Source of the DNA: an uncultured virus (IMG/VR IMGVR_UViG_3300034735_000012)
Taxonomy: Duplodnaviria; Heunggongvirae; Uroviricota; Caudoviricetes
DNA length: 64,000 bases
Reading direction: 5' to 3' (one strand)
Virus record (IMG/VR): IMGVR_UViG_3300034735_000012
A model generated the notes under the pieces. It saw only the letters and a list, made by a program, of their open reading frames with translations, searched no databases and was not told where the DNA came from. The translations under genes and the position numbers were made by a program. Shown one piece after another: positions 58,342 through 64,000 of this stretch (the stretch's first letter is position 1; the number at the start of each line of letters is the position of its first letter).

Positions 58342-58746
58342 ATGAGCTTTGACGAAAAATATGAAAATTTCAAAAACAATTTAGATTTAGATATTAATAA
58401 TCTAACTATTTTTTTTGAAAATAAAGAAGATTGTGAGACATTTGATAAAATTCTGAGTGTACTGGACAAAGGTTCGCCAGAAGATGATGGAATGATTTTT
58501 TCATACCTTGAGGGTGCTAAGGCAGGTATCCGTGAATTAATTAATTCTGAAAAAGGGAACATGAGAATGTTTTATGATGTATTAGATAAGCATCATCAGG
58601 ATTGTTATTTTGAAAATGTAACTACAGTAATGCAGAATAATTACATCAATGTTTGCCTGTATATTTACAGGAAGCATTTCAAAGAAAATAAAGATATTGA
58701 TAAGGATATTGTTAAAAAGTTGAATGAGAAGTATCTAAAAGAATAG
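58342..58746 (+). CDS. Hypothetical protein (134 aa)
   Basis: GGAG RBS. Confidence 0.65.
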   Translation: MSFDEKYENFKNNLDLDINNLTIFFENKEDCETFDKILSVLDKGSPEDDGMIFSYLEGAKAGIRELINSEKGNMRMFYDVLDKHHQDCYFENVTTVMQNNYINVCLYIYRKHFKENKDIDKDIVKKLNEKYLKE

Positions 58747-58914
58747 TATTTCGTGTCTAACTCAAGAATATCGTTTAACTTTATTTAAACTTTAGTATTT
58801 GTATAACTTTTGCCAAATCGTTTAAATTTGGCATGTTTTTGAAAGGATTAGATCAAATGTGTGAAGTGCGTAAAGAGACCAATGGAAATTATAACTTCGA
58901 GCAATCTTTTCCAG

Positions 58915-59277
58915 TCAATCAATCTCAATCGGCATGATTGCCAGTATAGCTTCTTTTGTATTTTTATTACCCTTTGCATAATTAACAACTATTGTTTTTG
59001 CAAAACTGAGATACATTTTCATTTCCAACTCGCCACATATTTTTTTCATTGTAAACCGATCATTTACACTGTTAAATAAGTCATCATAGTTTTCTTTAAA
59101 TATACCTCTTATAAAGGTTTCATATCTGTAAATAGCTTTATTTATACGGCTATAAAATTCATAACTATTTTTAATTTTTAATTGTGCATCTTCGTCTGGC
59201 AATGTTTCTTTAAAAATATTTTCAACACTTAAATCAACATTATTTATAAAATTGATAATTTGTTTTTTAAAATTCAC
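58915..59277 (-). CDS. Hypothetical protein (120 aa)
   Basis: GGAG RBS, GTG start. Confidence 0.65.
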   Translation of the reverse strand: MNFKKQIINFINNVDLSVENIFKETLPDEDAQLKIKNSYEFYSRINKAIYRYETFIRGIFKENYDDLFNSVNDRFTMKKICGELEMKMYLSFAKTIVVNYAKGNKNTKEAILAIMPIEID

Positions 59278-59349
59278 TATATCAGCTCCGTTACAACTTT
59301 GAAGTTTTTATTATACAACTGAAATTGAAAAAGTAAAAAAATCGCAAAA

Positions 59350-59378
59350 TTGACACCGTCGTTGGCAAGATTTACACT
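59350..59378 (+). promoter_or_regulatory. sigma70-like promoter antisense to the helicase operon
   Basis: TTGACA-N17-TACACT. Confidence 0.5.
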
Positions 59379-59490
59379 GTATATCTCAATTATTTCATGT
59401 TTAATTCGATTGAATCATTAGAGGGTAAAATGCGTGCCATACATGGTGATTTTTTGATAAAAAAAACTTTAGAAAAAAAATATTTTTTTT

Positions 59491-59805
59491 TCAATCGCTA
59501 ATTGCTTGAGACAAAAAATAAGTGCCTTTGCTTAGTTTGTAATTCATATTTATATTGCTAACACAACTTCGTTTAAATCTGCGTATGATCGTTCCTTCTG
59601 TGTCTCTCTTGCTGTCAAAACACTCTGCAAGATTATCTAAAAACTGCTCTCTAATGCTTTCTACTGAGCTTTTAAAATTAGTTTTATTTTCTATACACTT
59701 TTGTTTGAATAATTCTTGATCTTCTTCTGGAACTACTAAAGCTAGATCAGCATAAGATGTTATTTTAATGTTATCAATTGTTTTTCTGTATTCAATTCTA
59801 TTCAT
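59491..59805 (-). CDS. Hypothetical protein (104 aa)
   Basis: GAGAG RBS; operon context. Confidence 0.6.
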   Translation of the reverse strand: MNRIEYRKTIDNIKITSYADLALVVPEEDQELFKQKCIENKTNFKSSVESIREQFLDNLAECFDSKRDTEGTIIRRFKRSCVSNINMNYKLSKGTYFLSQAISD

Positions 59806-59867
59806 TTTTACGTCTCTCTTATTGTTGTTACGACTGAAAAAAATATCAGCCGTGGTTGTTAGGTGAA

Positions 59868-60083
59868 CTACCCCTTTAACTCTTTTTCAGTATCGCTAGC
59901 TTGTTTTTTTTCTTCTTCAAGTTTTGCAAAGCTGCTTAAGACGATTAAACAGTTTGCTTTATACGATTCAAACAGCTTGAATATTTCATCTGTATTTGAT
60001 CCTTCAATAGCCTCAAGTTCGTCAGTTAAAGTGTTGTACATTGTTTCTAATACTAGCTTTTTTAGTATAGCATTGCTTTTCAT
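59868..60083 (-). CDS. Hypothetical protein (71 aa)
   Basis: TAAGGA RBS. Confidence 0.65.
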   Translation of the reverse strand: MKSNAILKKLVLETMYNTLTDELEAIEGSNTDEIFKLFESYKANCLIVLSSFAKLEEEKKQASDTEKELKG

Positions 60084-60092
60084 TTGGCTTCC

Positions 60093-61433
60093 TTAGCTTG
60101 TTAGCATTTTTAGTATATCAGTTAAAGCAAATAATTTATTATTTAGTGAATTATACACATCAACTTCTTTTGTGTTTGTTGCTGATATTCTAATAATTTC
60201 AGTTTTTTCAGTTTGAGATATTCTGCATATTCGGGCATTAACTTGATTATAAATTTCTGCTGAATATGTTGGAGAAGACCAAATTAAACTTGTAGCTTTA
60301 GTTAGAGTTAATCCATGACTGCAAGATTTGCTATGAATAATTAAAACTCTATATTTACCCTTTTGAAATTTTTCTACAATTTTTGATCTTTTTTCCATCG
60401 GAACATTACCTGATATATAAGCATTTGACAATTTCTTTTCTTTTAGTTGCTTTTGTAGTTCTGGTAACTGATGCCTCCAATTGTAAACGATAATTGTATG
60501 CTCCCGTTGATTAGCTAATTCTACAATCAACTTATATCTTTCAGGGCATATGCTTATAGTATCGCTAGATTCGTCATAAACAGCTCCTGTTAAGATTTGC
60601 AATAATTTATTTGTTTTAGTCGCTGAATGCAAACTATTTAATTTTACCTCCTCTTTGTTTATTTTAATCCCTATGTCATATTTTAGATTTTCATATGCCG
60701 ATCTACATTTTGTAGATAATTCGTGGTAATAATCAGTTGTTATTTGGCTTGGTAAATCAACACAATCTCTTAATTTAAATCTAATTGATATATCACTTAT
60801 TTTTTGAGCAACTCTTTCTCTAGCATCTATTTTATCCTTATATTCAGTAAAATATGGATTTTTCTTTGTGTAGCGATACAAGTCTCTAAAGCCCATGATA
60901 AATTTACCTAGACGTTTCCCACCATCAATTATTTTTGTAGGGTAGAACAAATCTTCAACTGAATTGTTTATCGGTGTGCCAGAGAGCAATAAAAGATTTT
61001 CAACTTCTTCAACAACTTCTTTGATTGCTCGTGATCTTTGTGCCGTATGATTCTTATATGCAGTACATTCATCGATTATAACGTGTGATATATTTTCAAG
61101 AGATAATTCATTCTCAATAATAAATTTGCTAAATTCATGGGAACAAATTAATATATCTGCACTTGATTTATTGTAACGATCAATTTTTCGTGCTTTAGTA
61201 CCTGTTAAGATTTCATACGTTCCGCCGAACTTCTTGATGTCGTTACCCCATGACGCTTTTAAAATAGATACTGGTGCAAACACTAACATTTTTTTCCGAT
61301 TTTTAGACGCAAAAAAAGCGTCAATAGACGCTAATGTTTTGCCTGTACCTGCATCAGATAAATTAAATGAGCGTTTTTTGTTTAACCAAAAATCACTCAT
61401 TTTTTTTTGATGACTGTAAAGTGCTATTTTCAT
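60093..61433 (-). CDS. SNF2-like SF2 helicase
   Basis: LYSHQ, DAGTGKT, IIDECT, LSGTP, HGLTL, QVNARICRISQ. Confidence 0.92.
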   Translation of the reverse strand: MKIALYSHQKKMSDFWLNKKRSFNLSDAGTGKTLASIDAFFASKNRKKMLVFAPVSILKASWGNDIKKFGGTYEILTGTKARKIDRYNKSSADILICSHEFSKFIIENELSLENISHVIIDECTAYKNHTAQRSRAIKEVVEEVENLLLLSGTPINNSVEDLFYPTKIIDGGKRLGKFIMGFRDLYRYTKKNPYFTEYKDKIDARERVAQKISDISIRFKLRDCVDLPSQITTDYYHELSTKCRSAYENLKYDIGIKINKEEVKLNSLHSATKTNKLLQILTGAVYDESSDTISICPERYKLIVELANQREHTIIVYNWRHQLPELQKQLKEKKLSNAYISGNVPMEKRSKIVEKFQKGKYRVLIIHSKSCSHGLTLTKATSLIWSSPTYSAEIYNQVNARICRISQTEKTEIIRISATNTKEVDVYNSLNNKLFALTDILKMLTS

Positions 61434-61439
61434 AGTTTT

Positions 61440-62096
61440 TTAGTAAACTCTAAAGGTATTTTCTTCTATGTTTTTAGTAATATCTTTATATATATTTCTA
61501 GCTGATTCGAGTAATTTCTTATCGCATAGAGCATAAAAACTGAACTTAGGTAGATACCATGTTCCCTTTGTATTTGTACGGCTTTTTGTTGCTAAATTCC
61601 AAATGCCTGCATATCGTGGGGCATTTTTAGGGTGTATCATTTGTATCTTTGTATTTAATGCTTTGTTTACTTGTAATCTACTTTTTGATAAGTAAAGCAT
61701 TACTGGGTGATCTATATTATTTTCTTCATCGAGAAGTAATAATATGTTTTGACCAGTTTCAACTATCGTTGCTTTCTCTCCAGAGCTTTCGATATATGCT
61801 TTTGCGTCATCATTAGTTTTAAATGTACCCAACAATTTATCGCCTTGATCTTCGCTCCACACGCTGAACACGGTCATATAATGTAAGGGTATAAAATTCA
61901 TATCTTCAAGAGATAAATCTCTTGACGATAAAAATATTTCTCCTGCTTTAGCGTTATCTATTTCGTCTAAGGTAGGGGATAGTTTTTCAAGTATCTTGAT
62001 ATAGGGTATCTGAAAATCATCACTTGTAAGACTTTCATTTCCATCATTAGCAAATTCAGAATAATCAATTTCTGCAATCTCTTTAGAATCAGTCAT
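61440..62096 (-). CDS. Putative phage ssDNA-binding / recombination protein
   Basis: GNESLTSDDFQIPYIKILEKLSP...AKAGEIF...NTKGTWY pattern seen in phage replication modules; AAGGAG RBS before ATG 62096. Confidence 0.6.
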   Translation of the reverse strand: MTDSKEIAEIDYSEFANDGNESLTSDDFQIPYIKILEKLSPTLDEIDNAKAGEIFLSSRDLSLEDMNFIPLHYMTVFSVWSEDQGDKLLGTFKTNDDAKAYIESSGEKATIVETGQNILLLLDEENNIDHPVMLYLSKSRLQVNKALNTKIQMIHPKNAPRYAGIWNLATKSRTNTKGTWYLPKFSFYALCDKKLLESARNIYKDITKNIEENTFRVY

Positions 62097-62097
62097 A

Positions 62098-62469
62098 TTA
62101 AGCTCCTTTTTTGAATGATAATTTAACAAGATCAATCATCTCAATGCCATCGATTTGTTCATTTTCTGACGCTAATTCGTCCAATAAGGTGCTACTAATT
62201 CTAGTATTGATTAATGCAGTATTTTTGCTATTGAAGACATAGTTACAAAATGCTGTTTTATCAACTACTTTTGCAACAGGTTTTTTTGATATAGATACTA
62301 AACAACCGTCTGCTTCAACTCTAGTAAATCCATTGTTTTCTAATTCGTCTAAGATTGCAGTTGTTATTTCTGCATCCTTGGTGGTTAGTTCTTTTGTTTG
62401 TTTTGCTAGTTCTGCTCTAGCATTTTTAATTGATGAGAGTTCATTAATTAATGTACGCAACAATGACAT
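62098..62469 (-). CDS. Conserved phage replication-module coiled-coil protein (123 aa)
   Basis: Coiled coil followed by VVDKTAF..YV...RIS...IDGIE; AAGGA RBS. Confidence 0.6.
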   Translation of the reverse strand: MSLLRTLINELSSIKNARAELAKQTKELTTKDAEITTAILDELENNGFTRVEADGCLVSISKKPVAKVVDKTAFCNYVFNSKNTALINTRISSTLLDELASENEQIDGIEMIDLVKLSFKKGA

Positions 62470-62525
62470 AAAAAGTCCTTTTTAAAAATAAAAAATAATT
62501 ATCTTCTTACTAGAAGATAACTACT

Positions 62526-62553
62526 ATTATACTTTTAAAAAAACCAATTGCAA
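62526..62553 (-). promoter_or_regulatory. sigma70-like promoter of the helicase/SSB operon
   Basis: TTGCAA-N16-TATAAT followed by the hairpin TTATCTTCT-AGTA-AGAAGATAA. Confidence 0.7.
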
Positions 62554-62572
62554 GCATTTATTTATTTTATTT

Positions 62573-62605
62573 CAACTATATTGCAACTATATTGCAACTA
62601 TATTA
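62573..62605. repeat. Three 11-bp direct repeats CAACTATATT(G/A)
   Basis: Copies at 62573, 62584 and 62595, just upstream of the -35 box. Confidence 0.9.
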
Positions 62606-62613
62606 CAGTTGCG

Positions 62614-64000
62614 TTAAATCTCGTAAATGCTAGTGGTTGTCTTTATTTTTGCACTTACTTTTTTAGCTGTTTCAACGATTTCCGTATCTCTTATATCACT
62701 AGCTCTTGCGGTTGGGGCTGTTTTTGTTGGATCAGATAAGCCAACATCAACAACATTTGAATCACGCTCTAAGTCATCAATTTTAGCAACCGTTTTAGGA
62801 ATATTTTTTACAACACTAGCTGTTAATGTTTTGCTATATAAGTAGGTGTATGTCTCTTGAGGAACTAGTTTATCTTTTTTAATAAAGGTATCAGCTTTAT
62901 TAATATCAGACACATTATCTACATGACTTGGTAAAGTATTTTCATTTAATTCAGTTGTTCTGGTTAGATTATATTTAGTACCTGATTTTGATAATATGTA
63001 ATCATAATCGCTATAATAAATATCTTCGCCATTATTGTTCAAGTTAGGGTTTTCTATTTTAGTAATGCTACCTCTTAAAAGGTCTAAGTGTACGACTTCT
63101 TTTTGGGAGGGTACTCCTACTATTAAATATAGGCCATCATTTGAGCAATCTATTGAGCAATTAACATCTTTAGTAAAGGATAATACTTTAGTGCTTACAT
63201 TACTATGTAGTAGCCTTAAATGGACTTCTTCATCATTTTTTATAAAATAAATATATTCTATATTTTCAGACGCTACTACTTTATTTTTTATATTAGTTAT
63301 AGGGTCTACAGTTAATAACTGCATATCCTTAGTATTATCAAGGGGTGTAGAAACTAAAGTGTCATTATTGACAGTATATAAGAGGTAGGTAGAATTTTTA
63401 GCTAGTTGGATATACTGCTGTTCTGTAGTTGTCGCTAAATACTCTTTATTAAACTCTTTGTAATACGTTCCGTATTTTTTAATATATGTAACAATATTCA
63501 GGTAATTACCAGACGCTAAGTTTATAACGGCTTTTACATTTTTTATTGTTACAGTCTTATTAACAAGGCTAATTTCAACATCTTGTATAACTCTAGCGTC
63601 AACTTTAGATAAATTATATAAGGCCACTTTGTTATCTTCTGATATTACAACTTTTTTAGTATCTACATTAGGGTCTATTGTTGTTTTAAATGTTTCTATT
63701 TCAGCATAGCCATTACTTGATAATAAATAAGTTTCAACTGCATCATCTGTTTTAACAGATATATATTTACCCTCTAAATCTATTTCTAAATCATTTGGAT
63801 TTTTTATAGCTGTTACTTGGTAATGTAGCTCTTTTTTATATGTTGCAGGGGTAGTTGGTTGCTCAACATCTACCTCTTTAATGATAATAATACGGTTTCC
63901 GCTATAATCATTGCGTTTATGCTTAGGGTGTATCTTATAACGGTTATTTTTTATCTTAGAGGGTGTTTTTTTAGTAGCACGTGTTACAGTAGTTGATTTG
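62614..64000 (-). CDS. 3' part of a large beta-rich protein, probably tail-associated (5'-truncated by the window edge)
   Basis: Hand translation shows the frame is open from 63627 to the window end. Propeller-like segments such as SIDCSNDGLYLIVGVPSQKEV. Confidence 0.65.
   Translation of the reverse strand, partial: KSTTVTRATKKTPSKIKNNRYKIHPKHKRNDYSGNRIIIIKEVDVEQPTTPATYKKELHYQVTAIKNPNDLEIDLEGKYISVKTDDAVETYLLSSNGYAEIETFKTTIDPNVDTKKVVISEDNKVALYNLSKVDARVIQDVEISLVNKTVTIKNVKAVINLASGNYLNIVTYIKKYGTYYKEFNKEYLATTTEQQYIQLAKNSTYLLYTVNNDTLVSTPLDNTKDMQLLTVDPITNIKNKVVASENIEYIYFIKNDEEVHLRLLHSNVSTKVLSFTKDVNCSIDCSNDGLYLIVGVPSQKEVVHLDLLRGSITKIENPNLNNNGEDIYYSDYDYILSKSGTKYNLTRTTELNENTLPSHVDNVSDINKADTFIKKDKLVPQETYTYLYSKTLTASVVKNIPKTVAKIDDLERDSNVVDVGLSDPTKTAPTARASDIRDTEIVETAKKVSAKIKTTTSIYEI

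Noticed and set aside
908..63250. Numerous short antisense ORFs inside long genes; alternative genetic code
   Set aside because: They are typical antisense shadows in AT-rich coding DNA. Core genes are full-length and tightly packed under the standard code, so there is no sign of stop-codon reassignment.

Overview
The whole window is an AT-rich tailed-phage genome segment with podovirus-like gene content; I see no host chromosomal genes. Minus strand, 1-32.6 kb, is the virion module: small and large terminase, P22-type portal, scaffold, an N4-gp56/DUF4043-type major capsid protein, two adaptor-like proteins, internal/ejection proteins, a nozzle-like protein and four paralogous tail fibres. 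Plus strand, 33.1-54.5 kb, holds a repeat-rich putative origin, a primase-helicase, a Cas4-like protein, a VRR-NUC nuclease, a TOPRIM primase and about 30 small accessory genes. These include a tyrosine recombinase, a truncated HsdM-like protein, a PAPS-reductase-like protein, two Xis-like HTH proteins and a degenerate integrase. 54.9-58.7 kb is a plasmid-like replicon: two RepL-like wHTH genes around an iteron array. Minus strand, 58.9-64 kb, has an SNF2-like helicase/SSB operon and the 3' end of another beta-rich, probably tail, gene. The most notable observations are: (1) apparently two origins, suggesting a phage-plasmid; (2) a ~100-aa coiled-coil insertion in the capsid protein; (3) fibres built from alternating fibre repeats and foldon-like motifs, one ending in near-identical 120-bp beta-propeller repeats with clustered variable codons; (4) several intact but apparently catalytically dead enzymes; (5) covarying hairpin promoters and repeated hairpin-RBS linkers. 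No DNA polymerase, endolysin, CI repressor, ParA, tRNA, reverse transcriptase or CRISPR array was recognised. All family calls come from reading motifs by eye, not from database searches.
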